Below, one piece after another: positions 40,209-51,851 of a stretch of DNA of 64,000 bases. The DNA is taken from the IMG/VR virus record IMGVR_UViG_3300032046_004423, positions 31,358 to 95,357 of that record. One strand, given 5' to 3'. This DNA is from a virus. Taxonomy: Duplodnaviria > Heunggongvirae > Uroviricota > Caudoviricetes. Below the pieces are notes generated by a model that was given only the letters and a program-made list of their open reading frames with translations, had not been told where the DNA came from and searched no databases. The translations under genes and the position numbers were made by a program. The number at the start of each line of letters is the position of its first letter. Position 1 is the first letter of the stretch.

Positions 40209-41330
40209 CTAACTAGTCCTAGTAGCTGTACTTCCTGGCCTGGATGTAAGTGGGATTCGTCTAAATTGGGGCTTCCTTATCTTAGGAAGCATCGCTCCCT
40301 TTAGATGCTCTAAACCTCCCGCACCTCCAGTACTAAACATTGGCTGTAAGGGTCTTCTCAGGCCCGACAGGTCAACATTGGGAGTACCAACCCTGTACGC
40401 TTCAATCGGTAAGCTAGGAACTAAACCTCTTGCTTTGCTAGGCTTCCCTCTAGGTAGGATAGCTTGTGCAGTACCTGCTACACCTAGCATACTTACAGCA
40501 GCCATCTCTTGGCCAAAACCTCCTATAGCTTTGGAAATCCTGTAAGGTGTCGACCTTTCTCTCTTTCGCTGTTTAGCCTCAGCTATCTCCTCCTCAATCA
40601 TGACACCACCAAGTTTTTGGATTCTAGCCTCAGCTAATCTTTCCTGAGGGGATAAGGTAACCTCGATCTCCCTCCATTCCCACTGCTTAGTTTGGTCATT
40701 CCATTGGTGAACTAGTTTCTTCTTTTTCTTAGGTATATTACCTTCCCAGAGCTCAAAGGCAGCTTCGGCTTGAGTTTTAAAAGATTCCCCAGCCCTCTTC
40801 TCATAGCGTTTTCTCTCCTTCGGGGGTAGTTTCCCTATCTTCCGTGCAAGTTCTTCCTCCTCAACCTTTCTCTGGGCTCTCAGCCTTTCGTATTCCATCC
40901 TCTCCGCAGCCTCATTAGCAGCCCTCTGACGAGTGAACTCGTCCTCAGCTCTTCTCTTTGCCTCATCCTCTTTAAACTTTTGGTTTTCTGCTTCTCCTTC
41001 AGACCCACTAATAGTTCCCTCTCCAGGTACCTCCCTGTACTCAGCTTCTGTAATAGGCTCAGGCTTAGGCTCAGCTTCAGGCCTGGGCTTTCTACTTAGC
41101 TTCTCCTTAACCCACTTAATAGGGTTCCAGTTGTGGGCAGTAACCACAGCCCTGTAACCACCATCGGGGTCTTTCCCCTTACCAAGCACTCGGAAGTTTA
41201 CTAAATCATTCTTCTTGGCAAACTCCTTACTAGAACGTATTAAGGCATTCAGATCCTTCATAGAGTTTGCTTGAAGGATAGATGTTTCCTCCTTTCCTTG
41301 GTACCTGCGTGCAATAACCTTTTCCTTCAT
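40209..41330 (-). CDS. charged coiled-coil protein (373 aa) with a G/A/P-rich C-terminus
   Basis: Central E/R/K-rich heptad region. No catalytic motif. Confidence 0.4.
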   Translation of the reverse strand: MKEKVIARRYQGKEETSILQANSMKDLNALIRSSKEFAKKNDLVNFRVLGKGKDPDGGYRAVVTAHNWNPIKWVKEKLSRKPRPEAEPKPEPITEAEYREVPGEGTISGSEGEAENQKFKEDEAKRRAEDEFTRQRAANEAAERMEYERLRAQRKVEEEELARKIGKLPPKERKRYEKRAGESFKTQAEAAFELWEGNIPKKKKKLVHQWNDQTKQWEWREIEVTLSPQERLAEARIQKLGGVMIEEEIAEAKQRKRERSTPYRISKAIGGFGQEMAAVSMLGVAGTAQAILPRGKPSKARGLVPSLPIEAYRVGTPNVDLSGLRRPLQPMFSTGGAGGLEHLKGAMLPKIRKPQFRRIPLTSRPGSTATRTS

Positions 41331-43241
41331 AGTAATCCAACCTCCTTTTTAACTTTCTTTCCCCCTCTCCTCTAAATAGAAACCCAACACTCTTGACTTT
41401 CCATCAAGCTCCTCCACATCCTCAAAAAAATTTGAATTGGTTCGTTTGAAAGTCTAACTTCCTTAAGTTCATCTTTAAATAACCATCTCTCAAAGGGTGT
41501 TAACCCCCTAGCCTTTATATTAGGCAAATTCCCACTAGAATTCCATCTGTAATATTCTTCCCACCACTTTCTTATAGCTGAGCTCTTATTAGATGCAAGC
41601 ACTATTTCTTCTTCATACTTATTTGTTAGACCAATAATTAGATAAGCTTTATCTCCCATTCTTTTCTTTACTATTCCAATACATACCGACTAGTCCTTCT
41701 TGGACAATAACATCTAAATCTTTCCAATCAGGAATATCCTCAACTGATTCAATACCACTATCTGAGAGTATATGAGCTATTCTAGTAGTTGGAACCTCAT
41801 ACTTTTCAGCTAGAACATCAAGTATAGCTTTAAAAGCTTCTATCTTTTTACTCATTTCCAATTACCTCCTACCTAGCATATAAATTCCAATCCTCCCCAG
41901 GTGCACTATAAGGAAAGATTCTACCTCTATTTATAGTAGGTACCTCTGTAGGAGCCCAAGAATACTCTCCAAACTCATTCCCTGCATAGTCAGAGAGAGC
42001 CTCTACTATTTCTCCTAATTCCTCCTCAGTAAGGCCTACTGTTCCTCCTTTAGAAGCTTGAATTTTCCTAAGGGCAGACTTAGCCCCTGGGCTTCCCCAA
42101 CCCGAAGAGATATACTGGTTTAGAATTAGTCCCAAGAATTCCTTTTTATTGGGTTGTAGACTAATGTACTTCATAATAGACTACCTCCTTTTTACTATAC
42201 TCCTCTACTTTTCCTACTTAGCTGGATAATAGGTGAACTATCAAATGGGTTACTTCGAGGTTGAGGCTGAGCTTGCTGTTGCACTTGTGCTCCTCCAAAG
42301 CTGTTAGCAAAATAAGGCCTTGCCTGCTTAGGATTAACCGGCTCTACCTCTTCCTTAACTACCTCTCCAGTTGTTTCTACAGGTACTGGAGGAACCTCAA
42401 CTACTTGTTCTGGTGACTTACTAGCTTCGTACTCAAGTTTAACTTGAGTTTGTATCTCCCCAGGCTGCATCCTATTAACTTTTACTAAGCTCCTTGTTGC
42501 TTGTCTATTACTCCAGGTAATAACACCACTTCTAGAAAGGTAATCGAGATAGGCAGTCCTAGCATGTCTAGTACTGGAGGCATCAACTTCCGCAGTTGGG
42601 GCTTCACTGCCTGGTATATGCACATAGTAAGTTGCCATTTTTATTTCTCTTTCTTTCAGTTTCTCCTTATTATATTACCAATTGATTCACCATTTTTTAT
42701 TACTAGCTTACTCATAACTAACCTCCTTTACCTCCTAGGCCATTGGTAGTTACGGAACATAGGTCCTAAATTAGAGAAGTTACCCAAACTAATACCAAGC
42801 TTGCTCCTACTAACCCTAAAAAAGTTCTGACCAAATCCCATGGTCTGACCTGTTCCTCTAGGTGGTAAAGGCTGCCCGGGATAAAACCTAGCATGCCTTA
42901 CAGCTCTCTCTTCTTCGGTTCTTGGATGCCCATACTTCCTGTAGTCAAACATTTTAATCTACCTCCTTTCTAAGATTTAATCACAATTATCTTCCAGTTC
43001 TCGGAGTCAATTTACTTTGAACTTCCCACTTTCCAGTCTTTTTATTCTTCCCAAAAACTAATCTGACACCTGCCTTGTTAGGTTTACCTATTTTAAACTC
43101 AGAGAATAGTTTTGGACTTTTAAGTCTAGGACCATGGATATACTTCTCACCCTTCCAAGAGGAACCAATCCTTCTATTTCTCAATCTACTTTTCTTAACC
43201 AATTCTATTTACCTAACAATGACCTAAGTGTCTCCACCACC

Positions 43242-44177
43242 TTATAAGTGCGTTTCCTTAACTGCTATATCCTCTCTCTCTCCAACAAATACGGGTGCTC
43301 TTAGTCTTCCTCTTGAACCAACCTTCATATATTCTACCTTAGCAAAAACCTTTTTGCCACTATCAATTTTCCTCTTTAAATCTGCAAGCTCCTCATCAGT
43401 AAATCCCGTCCCAACTTTTGCTACTTCCCTTACTTTATGCGTTTTCGAGTCATAAACTCCTACTCTCAAGGTACCAATACCCTCTCTTTTACCCTTACCT
43501 TTTACATAGCCTAATACTACAGTGTCAGCTTCTTTCTTAAACTTTAACTTTCTCCAGTTTTTACTCTTTCCATAAGTGTAAGGCGTTCCAATCTTTTTAA
43601 GGACAATGCCCTCGGAAATACCACCCTTCTTCTCTTCTTTAGTAAACTTTTCTGGATTCTTAGAGTAACTAACAACCTTTACTTCTACACCTTTAGGAAT
43701 AGTGCTTTCTAGTATTTTTCTTCTCTCAAGTAAATCCTTATTTACCACCCACTGGTTATTTTTGTTTAGGATATCAAAAGCACCAAACTTTAGAGGGTAC
43801 CTTTTTTGTCTTCTCCTAGCTTCTTCAGGGTCTTGCAGTAAATCCCTTCTAAGAAAATCTTCAAAAGTTCCTACTCCACCACTGCCTTCGTAGACTTCAC
43901 CTTGGATTATAGTTAATCCCTTAGTTTTAATCTTTTTAGGTTCATCATCCGTTAACTCAGGATAGATATCTGTCTTGTTAGTTCCTCTTCTATTAACATA
44001 CGCTACTGCTCCATCTATAAGATACATAAGGGTAAGGGAGCCATCTAACTTTCTCTCAGCAATCCAACCATGCCTAGGTATCTCCTCAGTATCAGTTGGT
44101 CGCATGGGTTCAATAAGTGGAACTTTCCTAACGACTCCATCACTAAATCTAATCCTTATGTACCTTCTTCTTGCCAT
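43242..44177 (-). CDS. lig: ATP-dependent DNA ligase (compact, T7-like)
   Basis: Motif I AERKLDGSL (KxDG), III GAFDIL, IV EGIVLKK, V WRKLKFK. Confidence 0.85.
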   Translation of the reverse strand: MARRRYIRIRFSDGVVRKVPLIEPMRPTDTEEIPRHGWIAERKLDGSLTLMYLIDGAVAYVNRRGTNKTDIYPELTDDEPKKIKTKGLTIIQGEVYEGSGGVGTFEDFLRRDLLQDPEEARRRQKRYPLKFGAFDILNKNNQWVVNKDLLERRKILESTIPKGVEVKVVSYSKNPEKFTKEEKKGGISEGIVLKKIGTPYTYGKSKNWRKLKFKKEADTVVLGYVKGKGKREGIGTLRVGVYDSKTHKVREVAKVGTGFTDEELADLKRKIDSGKKVFAKVEYMKVGSRGRLRAPVFVGEREDIAVKETHL

Positions 44178-44313
44178 ACTCGCCCATAAATCTAGCTCTT
44201 ATACTAGCCTCGGCATTCTTTTTAGTTACAGAAGAACCAACAACTTTCCCAGTTATCTTGTTAACTATTTTCCAAGGCCTGGGGCCACTTTCCTTAACTA
44301 TCTTATAAGGCAT

Positions 44314-44682
44314 CTACTTCTTTTCCTTATCATAATGCTCAAAAAAGTATCTAGCATCCCTTAAAGCTTTAGTTTTTGTTTCAGGGTCAACCGTTACGTT
44401 AGCCAGAGCTTGCATCTCCCTAGCTGCCCCAAGGTAGTTCTTCTTAAGGGATTTAAGTACTTTAATTCTTCTCTCCCTAGCAGCCATTTCCTTCTTCCAG
44501 CCTGTCTTATGCTTAGGCTTATACCACCTCTTCTTCTTAGGTGTTCTACCTTTCTTACCGGTATCCTTTTTAAGGTAAGATTTCCGCTTGATAGTCTTAG
44601 CTGGGTGTCTATTACCCCAACGGTCCACATATGCCTCTCTTTTATAGATTGTTGCTGGTACTTTTAATAGTGCTGTTGTCAT
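44314..44682 (-). CDS. very basic small protein (possibly nucleic-acid binding)
   Basis: About 30% K/R, including KKDTGKKGRTPKKKRWYKPKHKTGWKK. Confidence 0.4.
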   Translation of the reverse strand: MTTALLKVPATIYKREAYVDRWGNRHPAKTIKRKSYLKKDTGKKGRTPKKKRWYKPKHKTGWKKEMAARERRIKVLKSLKKNYLGAAREMQALANVTVDPETKTKALRDARYFFEHYDKEKK

Positions 44683-44806
44683 GGTTTTTTTACCTCCTTT
44701 AAAATCTTCCTAGTTATTTCCCTACATTAACATTTTATAATAATCCCATAATGTAATGCCATATTCATATTATAAATTCAATAATGACAACTTACTAAAA
44801 GAAGCA

Positions 44807-46273
44807 CTACCTTTTATAAACATATACTTCTACTTTGTCATCCTCAAATACTGCTAGGAGTTTCATATTCGCATAGTCACTCTTCTCACTAGGCTTCCCA
44901 TACTGGTACCAGTAGCATTCTGGACTAGTCTTACATGTCATAGGCTTAGTTCTATACACTATATACTCACCTCCATCCTCCATATATTTTCCTTTAGTAA
45001 ATCTACTATATATCCAGGGAGCAATCTGAGTAGAAGTAGTATAAGTTACATTACTTTGACTATTCAAGTAAGCTATAGCCTCCTTATCTACTGGTCTAAT
45101 AGCACTATTATAACCAAACCAAGTAACAAGTGGAAGGATAGAACCTAGTATAGCTAAGGATATGAAAGTAGGTAAGATCATCCTCTTTATCTTTCTATTC
45201 TTAACTAGAATCCCTACAAAGATAGCTGCTAGTATAGCTAAAAAGGTTGAGAGGTCTAGTGCTACCCTAATAGAGTCAGAGGCTAGAATAATCTCAGGTA
45301 TAAAAGCTACAATAAATACTAGTAAAATAAGTCCAAGCAGTATTGTACCTTTATCAAGAACTAGTCTATGTTTTATCCTGAGTATTACTATAAGAGCTAG
45401 TCCTGAGAAAAGAATTGCTGAAGTACAGAGAGGTAAGTATATTGTAAAGAATTGGAAAGGAGATACTCGTGGAATACTTGTTAGGATTGAGTTAAAAGGA
45501 GCAGCGGCTGCAAGCAACTCAAGATTTAAGAAATCTGGTAGAACAAGGCAAGGAATGAGAAGGTTGGTCACAAGGAATGCCCCAGAAAATAAACCTATCC
45601 TCTTCAATTCCTCTTTATTCCTTTTAGCAATATAATATATTAGAGCTCCTACCAAAAATAGGGCTATTGCGTTAAACACATAAAGAGCAGTAAGTGAGTG
45701 CAAGACTCCACAAAGAAGAAAAAATATAAGTGAAAGTACTAACTGGTAATCTTTATTTTCTTTTATCCAAAAAACTAAGAAGAGTATAGCAAGAGGCAGT
45801 ATAACATACATTCCCAGTACATTAAAGATTGTTCCACAGTAGAATAAAGTAAGGATATTGGGAGTACAGAAGAATACAATGGGAATACTTACTAGTCCTG
45901 CCCATTTATTAACTAGTTTAGCTAGTAGAAAATAGATTGAGGTTGCAGCAAGAATTAAAACAAGGTAATTAAAGATTAGAAAGAGGGTATCAGTCCCAGC
46001 CCCAGTTAGTCTACAGATTATGCCTAGCAGTATAGGGCCATAGTAGCTCACTTTAGGCCAACCCTCTACCATAGGTATACTGTCATGTGCTACTACTTTA
46101 TCCATCACTTGGAGATGCATAGCTGTATCATCTCCAGTTGACGAATAGATATAATGGTAGTGAACTAGCGGGAATAGGACTATGGTACTGAAAAGTATAA
46201 AAAATAGGATAGGTAAGAAGTACTTACTCCTTAACCTATCCTTTAACCAATTACCTATGTCTCTTGGGTGCAT
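44807..46273 (-). CDS. polytopic membrane protein (about 12 TM), candidate GT-C-type glycosyltransferase
   Basis: 488 aa, hydrophobic throughout. There is a DD in the first loop after TM1 (YSSTGDDTAMH). Confidence 0.35.
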   Translation of the reverse strand: MHPRDIGNWLKDRLRSKYFLPILFFILFSTIVLFPLVHYHYIYSSTGDDTAMHLQVMDKVVAHDSIPMVEGWPKVSYYGPILLGIICRLTGAGTDTLFLIFNYLVLILAATSIYFLLAKLVNKWAGLVSIPIVFFCTPNILTLFYCGTIFNVLGMYVILPLAILFLVFWIKENKDYQLVLSLIFFLLCGVLHSLTALYVFNAIALFLVGALIYYIAKRNKEELKRIGLFSGAFLVTNLLIPCLVLPDFLNLELLAAAAPFNSILTSIPRVSPFQFFTIYLPLCTSAILFSGLALIVILRIKHRLVLDKGTILLGLILLVFIVAFIPEIILASDSIRVALDLSTFLAILAAIFVGILVKNRKIKRMILPTFISLAILGSILPLVTWFGYNSAIRPVDKEAIAYLNSQSNVTYTTSTQIAPWIYSRFTKGKYMEDGGEYIVYRTKPMTCKTSPECYWYQYGKPSEKSDYANMKLLAVFEDDKVEVYVYKR

Positions 46274-46506
46274 AACTTCCTTTCATATTACTCTTAATGG
46301 AAGTAAGCTCTCCACGTAGAGACTTAGCAAAGTGTTTAAGTACCGACTTCTTTTTCTTCATCTGCTTCTCCTTAACTTTTTATTCTTAACTTCCTTGGGA
46401 CTCTTAACTATCTTCCTAGGGTCAGGACCCATACCATACCAAACACCCTGCAGAAATTGTTTAGTGATATCTCCCAAACTACTAGTAAACTTTTTAGGTA
46501 GTAATT

Positions 46507-46974
46507 TCACCATTTCACCTCCTTTCCAGTATAGCCAACCCTTTGCCTAGCTACCCTATCTAGTCTTTCTATCATACTCCTAGTTAGGCCCAGCCCTCTA
46601 GCGAGCCTCTTACTCCTTCCTATTGACCACTTTATTTTACTAGTCTCAATTCGGTACTTTAGAGCAAAATAATCAGCACACAACTCCCTAAATAAGTTAA
46701 GGGCGTGATACTCATACCAATTCCAAGTATTTATAGCCTCATCGACGTCAACTGGGAACTTTATATGGCCCAGCTCATGGGTGAATACTCTAGCCGATTC
46801 CTTGGTTGGGTAACCTTTCTTTATTGCTATATATCTAGGCTCCTCAGTCTCCTCAGATATGCCAGCCGCTCCTTCAAATTGTCCCTCCTCTTCATGGGTC
46901 ATATACCTAACTACAATGGGCATCATCTTAATGACCAACAAAACTAGGAATCCCATCAACGTAAACCATTCCAC
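46507..46974 (-). CDS. HExxH zincin, member 1 of a four-member ImmA/IrrE-like paralog family (N-terminal TM)
   Basis: FTHELGHIKFPVD. N-terminal hydrophobic helix. Confidence 0.4.
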   Translation of the reverse strand: MEWFTLMGFLVLLVIKMMPIVVRYMTHEEEGQFEGAAGISEETEEPRYIAIKKGYPTKESARVFTHELGHIKFPVDVDEAINTWNWYEYHALNLFRELCADYFALKYRIETSKIKWSIGRSKRLARGLGLTRSMIERLDRVARQRVGYTGKEVKW

Positions 46975-47863
46975 TTAAAGAAACTATTCTTTCTATCTGA
47001 ACAGTATAGGTTATCCCATCTGTGACAACCACAATCGTGCCATTGACATCGGTGCCATAGATTTTAGCTCCTATTTCCTCTAGAGCTTCAATAGTCTCTG
47101 CGTGAGGATGACCATACGGGTTACCAATCCCTGCCATATAAATAGCAACTTCCGGGGTAGTCACCGCCAGAAAAGCTGTTGAAGAAGCCGTCCTAGAGCC
47201 GTGGTGCCCCACTTTGAGAATTTCTACATCTGGAACAATGCCCTCCGTGAGCATACTTGCCTCAGCTTCCTGCTCTGCATCCCCAGTAAACAAGAAGTCA
47301 ACCTGTCCATAGCTAAGGCTCAAAACAATAGAGTTATCATTAGTGGTACCACTCAAACTAGCAGGATTGAGTACATTAAAGGTAAGGTTATTAACCTGGA
47401 TAGTATCTCCTCTCCTAGCCTCATATACCTGAACCCCTTCAGAGTTGACCGCTGACATGAACTGGGAGTAGGTTTCGGAAGTACTTATGTCTCCATTAAA
47501 CCAGATTTCGTCAACTTTAAAAGCATCTAAGACTCCGATTAGCCCCCCAATATGGTCAGCATGGGGATGAGTAGCTACTACGACTTCAAGTGGCCCATCA
47601 ATATAGTTATCAATATAGCCAACTACATCTGAGGACTTTCCTCCCCCATCAATTAGTACTTCGATATCACCAAGGTCTATAAGTATAGAATCACCCTGCC
47701 CAACATCAATGAAGTGGACTGTCAAGGCAGCTGGACTGGTAGTTATGATACTACCATCATCTGAGGTAGGTAAAGTAGTATTAGTTACGGGGGTACACCC
47801 TACAAGTCCAAACAGTAATGAAATTACCAGTATGGAAACTAGACTTATAGCCTTAGATATCAT
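46928..47863 (-). CDS. metallo-beta-lactamase-fold lipoprotein
   Basis: Lipobox LFGLVGC. HPHADHIGG (HxHxDH), then VGHHGS. Confidence 0.75.
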   Translation of the reverse strand: MISKAISLVSILVISLLFGLVGCTPVTNTTLPTSDDGSIITTSPAALTVHFIDVGQGDSILIDLGDIEVLIDGGGKSSDVVGYIDNYIDGPLEVVVATHPHADHIGGLIGVLDAFKVDEIWFNGDISTSETYSQFMSAVNSEGVQVYEARRGDTIQVNNLTFNVLNPASLSGTTNDNSIVLSLSYGQVDFLFTGDAEQEAEASMLTEGIVPDVEILKVGHHGSRTASSTAFLAVTTPEVAIYMAGIGNPYGHPHAETIEALEEIGAKIYGTDVNGTIVVVTDGITYTVQIERIVSLSGMVYVDGIPSFVGH

Positions 47864-48594
47864 CTAAGAAGTCTCCTTATCTGGCTAAGTTGCTTCTTAT
47901 AAAGATTTCTCTTCTTATGCCTATTACCATCCACATTCAACTTCATATTCCTAAATCTGGAGAAATCTCTCAATTCTTCATCTGGTAAAACTAGCTTAAT
48001 TTTTTCCATTCTATTTCCTACTACCTTCCAATTTACTACGCCTTCTCATGTACCCTCTCATGCGCTCTCTCATATACTGCTTTCTTTTCTCAGTCTTAGC
48101 CTGCTTCCTCCAGCCTCTCCTAGAAGCTTCCTTACCTTTTTCAGTCGCGAGATATCTCTTCTGGGTTAGTCTCCTGCCCTTTAATGCTTCCTCTTGTGAA
48201 AAGTACTTCCTATATTTCCACTTAGTTCCTCCTACTGGTTTAAAACTTACCCTAGATTCCTGCTGGGCAGTACTACCAGGTTCTATTCTAACTCCCTTAA
48301 GATTATTCTTCTTCGCAACCCTGTGAATCTCGTCAACCTCATCGGGGAATAGGGACTGCTCGATAGTCACAAACCCACCAGGACTAGCATGGCCAGACCC
48401 GCCAGCACAACTAGTATAAGTTGGGTAACCTAATCTGAGTAACTCATGCACAAAGCCACGTATCTCCGGGTCTACCTCTTCTGCCTCAGCCTTTATATAG
48501 TCATCAACTGACCAGCCAGGAGTATTGGGTAATTCATAGGTTTCTATTTCTTTTATTACTTCATCCTTAATCCTGCTTGGCATTTATTCTCCTC

Positions 48595-49179
48595 CTACTC
48601 CAGATACCCTTCCTTAACTAGTTCCTTTCTAGCTTGCTTTATATACTGAAAAGGAATATGTATACCTCTTGCAGTTTGCTTTACTAGCTCAAAAGACTGG
48701 CTAGGCTCAAAGCCAAAGTCTCGAATACCTTTTCTTACAAAAAAGGCTATATCTTCATACAGATAAGGAAGTCCTTCAGTAGCTCTTCTAGAAATGAAGT
48801 CTGCCTTTAAGTCCCTTCTAACAAAACCTAGAAAGTCACCCCAGTCCTCCAACTTACTAGTAGAAGGACCTTTCTCAGGATGACCCAGGACAATATGTCC
48901 CGCCTCATGCCTAATGATACCCCAATCTCCTATAGCAGAAGGAGATATATCAACAACATATAGAGGTCTCCTCTTTTTCCCACATATCTCAAAGCAAAGG
49001 TCTACCTCACCAGATATACCCTCCAGATTTTTGTTATAGTAAAGCTTAATCTTTGTATCCCTAGATATTAGGCCTCTCTCCTTACCCATATCTAGCACAG
49101 TCCTCAGATAACTACCAGCCTCATGCATGAACTTATGCTTGCCTGCAGTTAGCTTAAATCCTTCCTGACTCTCTTCCAA
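48595..49179 (-). CDS. ImmA/IrrE-like zincin paralog 2
   Basis: IRHEAGHIVLGHPE followed by EDWGDFLGF. Confidence 0.45.
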   Translation of the reverse strand: MEESQEGFKLTAGKHKFMHEAGSYLRTVLDMGKERGLISRDTKIKLYYNKNLEGISGEVDLCFEICGKKRRPLYVVDISPSAIGDWGIIRHEAGHIVLGHPEKGPSTSKLEDWGDFLGFVRRDLKADFISRRATEGLPYLYEDIAFFVRKGIRDFGFEPSQSFELVKQTARGIHIPFQYIKQARKELVKEGYLE

Positions 49180-49366
49180 CTATTTTAATAACCTCCCCTA
49201 TACTATTTTTACGTCTATCTACAAAGCTTCCTTAATTGGTATGGGATGCCACTTGCCCGATTAAATGGATTCGGAAAAGGGCGAATCCACTCCAGAACAC
49301 GACGGGAGGAGTAGGTACGCAATGGACTACGCTGTTCTAGTTCCCCTGGCAGAGCCCATCATTATA

Positions 49367-50452
49367 TTAGGGTAAAACTTTCTCTCTTAAAGCAGGAATA
49401 TGGGAAATTATATCTTCCCTAACCTCTGGCCTCTGAAAATATTTACTTAGATAGCATACAAGATAAGAGAGTGCTATAATACTAAGGAAGATCATTTCGA
49501 CCATTTGGTAATATATACCTGCCCATCCTATACCTAAAACTACCGCAATTAAAATAGCTACTAATAACCAGTACTGCTTTTCCTTAATAGCAAAGTATAA
49601 ACCAGGAATAACGAGGACTGCAAAAGCTGCTATACCTGAGTGAATTAGGAATATACCCAGTTGAGGAAGAATATTCCCAGCCCAGAATATCGTTCTTGCA
49701 ACTTCACTCATAGCCAACCAATGGTTAATTAAGTAGAAAGGAGATCCTCCTATAACCCAAGTTGCAATCCAGTAAGGAACTATAACAGTTGCACTAAGTA
49801 AATACTTCCAGTCTCTATCTTTAATTATTAGAGGTAATAGAAATGCTACTGCTGGTAATTTACTAAGAGCCAGAGCAGCTCCAGCTAAGTACTTCCACTT
49901 ACTCTCCGTCTCAGATAAATAAATAGTAAGAATTAGGAAGAATAGCATAAACGCCTCGTGGTAAAAGTAAATACCACCAAACATAACTATCTCATCAAAG
50001 AGTAGTACAGGGCTAATAGTAATTACTGCTAACATTGGACTTAGTCTTCTTCTCAGTATGAGGAATAGTAAAACTAAGGAACCCATAGTTAATGTTATCG
50101 GGATAGCTCTCAAGCCTTTGATATTATCTGTAGCCTTAACAAAAGGATAAACTAGTACACTATCTAAGGATGGATGGACCCAGACCTGCTTTTCATAAGC
50201 TAGTCTATTTACCTTAACTACTATATCTTTACCCCACACCTGTTCTGACTTATGGGTTATTAAATCGGGTCTATCTACTAAAATCCAATCAGCGGATGAA
50301 GAGTAGGCAGGTAATCCTTCACTTACTTTATAAAATACATACTCATCAGAGTAGACAGGATTCTTCCAAGCAGTGTATCCTAGAGTAAATAGGATTGCTC
50401 CAAAGACTATAATCCCAATTAGTAAAGGCAGTTTACTTCTCAAATGCTTCAA
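49367..50452 (-). CDS. polytopic membrane protein with a DE after TM1 (possible GT-C-like)
   Basis: TM1, then PVYSDEYVFY, then about 8 further TM segments. Translationally coupled to the upstream GT2 gene. Confidence 0.35.
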   Translation of the reverse strand: MKHLRSKLPLLIGIIVFGAILFTLGYTAWKNPVYSDEYVFYKVSEGLPAYSSSADWILVDRPDLITHKSEQVWGKDIVVKVNRLAYEKQVWVHPSLDSVLVYPFVKATDNIKGLRAIPITLTMGSLVLLFLILRRRLSPMLAVITISPVLLFDEIVMFGGIYFYHEAFMLFFLILTIYLSETESKWKYLAGAALALSKLPAVAFLLPLIIKDRDWKYLLSATVIVPYWIATWVIGGSPFYLINHWLAMSEVARTIFWAGNILPQLGIFLIHSGIAAFAVLVIPGLYFAIKEKQYWLLVAILIAVVLGIGWAGIYYQMVEMIFLSIIALSYLVCYLSKYFQRPEVREDIISHIPALREKVLP

Positions 50453-51851
50453 CTAAGTCACACCCAAATACGTACTTAAAGCCAATAGGCTTTAATCCAA
50501 ACTTAAGACACATTTCCTCAAGTGTCTTTCTAGTAAATCTAAATCTATGTTCTTCCTTATAGGGAGTAAACTCCTCTGCAATTCTCCAAAGTAATTTACC
50601 ATAGTCCGGGGTTGCAATAACTAACCTCCCATCTCTAGCTATTACCGAGGATACTCTCGATAGAATTTCTTCCGGATTACTAAGATGTTCTAGAACCTCA
50701 CTGATAATTACTAAATCAAACTCTTTACCAGCTTGTATTCTTCTAACATCCCCAACCTCATACCTTATATTTGCAGGAGTCCTACTCCTCATAAACTTAA
50801 TCTTGTTCTCATTACTATCAATACCAAGACCCTCACAGTGATAGGAGTTAAGTAAGGGGGAGCTACCGCAACCTAAATCCAAAATCCTATCTGGCTTACC
50901 AGAAAAACTAACTATTACTTTACCTATTTTTCTTTTCCAGTACTTCTGAACTGGATTACCCTTATACCAAGCATTCCACTCATAGTCTGCTTCACCAGGT
51001 TCCCTACTACCCGGAAATACAAGTACTTTCTCTAGTGAAAATCTTAATAGTAACCCTACTGCACTAGCAAGTAGCATACTTAGCATATACCACAGTCCCA
51101 TAAACTCGGTTAAGATGTAGGTACCAGCAAAAATTAAAGCTGTAGTAAGTGCTGCAATCGCCCCAAATAGTCCCAATCTTAAATACTTACTAACGTATGA
51201 GGATAATACTTGCTTTGTGAAAGCTACTATAGTTCTCTTACTATAAAACTTACTTACCCCAAAGATTCTCTTACTGAAAGTCATTGGCACTTCCTTATAA
51301 GTATAGTAGTTACCTTTCACGAGTACCTCAAGCAAAATCTTTGGAACATCCTCTCTAATAGTCCCGATAAGACCCTTTCTTACTGCGAAGAATCCAGAAG
51401 TATTATCTTTAACTCTAGTTAGGAATGGGTAGGATAGTAAACAAGCAACCCTCGAGATAAACTTCCTCTTAAAAGTAAAACCAGGAGATGAGCCATCTTT
51501 TATGTATCTACTTCCAACTACTAGATCAAAGCCCTCAAATATAGACCGAAGTAAGTTAGATACATCCTCAGCCCTATGCTGTCCATCCCCATCCATTACA
51601 ACTACTACTTCGTTACTAGTCTCTTTAATACCTTTCAGGATTGCGGATGTTAATCCTTTCCTATCACCTTCAACTAGCTTTATATACCCGTCTCCAATCC
51701 CCCTAATGCCTCTAACCAATTCTCTAGTTCCATCGGTTGAACCATCATCTACTATAATAATCTCACAGTTTGGGCTCATCAACTTTGGTAGCAGTACCTT
51801 TAGATTTTCCTTCTCATTTATAGTAGGTATTACAATAGAATACTTTTCCAT
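50433..51851 (-). CDS. GT2 (DPM1-like polyprenyl-phosphate sugar synthase) + TM segment + class I SAM methyltransferase fusion
   Basis: GT2: IVIPTINEKENL, IIVDDGSTDGT, VVVMDGDGQHRAEDV. TM around residues 215-270. MTase: ILDLGCGSS, GIDSN, FDLVIISEVLEHL. Confidence 0.8.
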   Translation of the reverse strand: MEKYSIVIPTINEKENLKVLLPKLMSPNCEIIIVDDGSTDGTRELVRGIRGIGDGYIKLVEGDRKGLTSAILKGIKETSNEVVVVMDGDGQHRAEDVSNLLRSIFEGFDLVVGSRYIKDGSSPGFTFKRKFISRVACLLSYPFLTRVKDNTSGFFAVRKGLIGTIREDVPKILLEVLVKGNYYTYKEVPMTFSKRIFGVSKFYSKRTIVAFTKQVLSSYVSKYLRLGLFGAIAALTTALIFAGTYILTEFMGLWYMLSMLLASAVGLLLRFSLEKVLVFPGSREPGEADYEWNAWYKGNPVQKYWKRKIGKVIVSFSGKPDRILDLGCGSSPLLNSYHCEGLGIDSNENKIKFMRSRTPANIRYEVGDVRRIQAGKEFDLVIISEVLEHLSNPEEILSRVSSVIARDGRLVIATPDYGKLLWRIAEEFTPYKEEHRFRFTRKTLEEMCLKFGLKPIGFKYVFGCDLVEAFEK

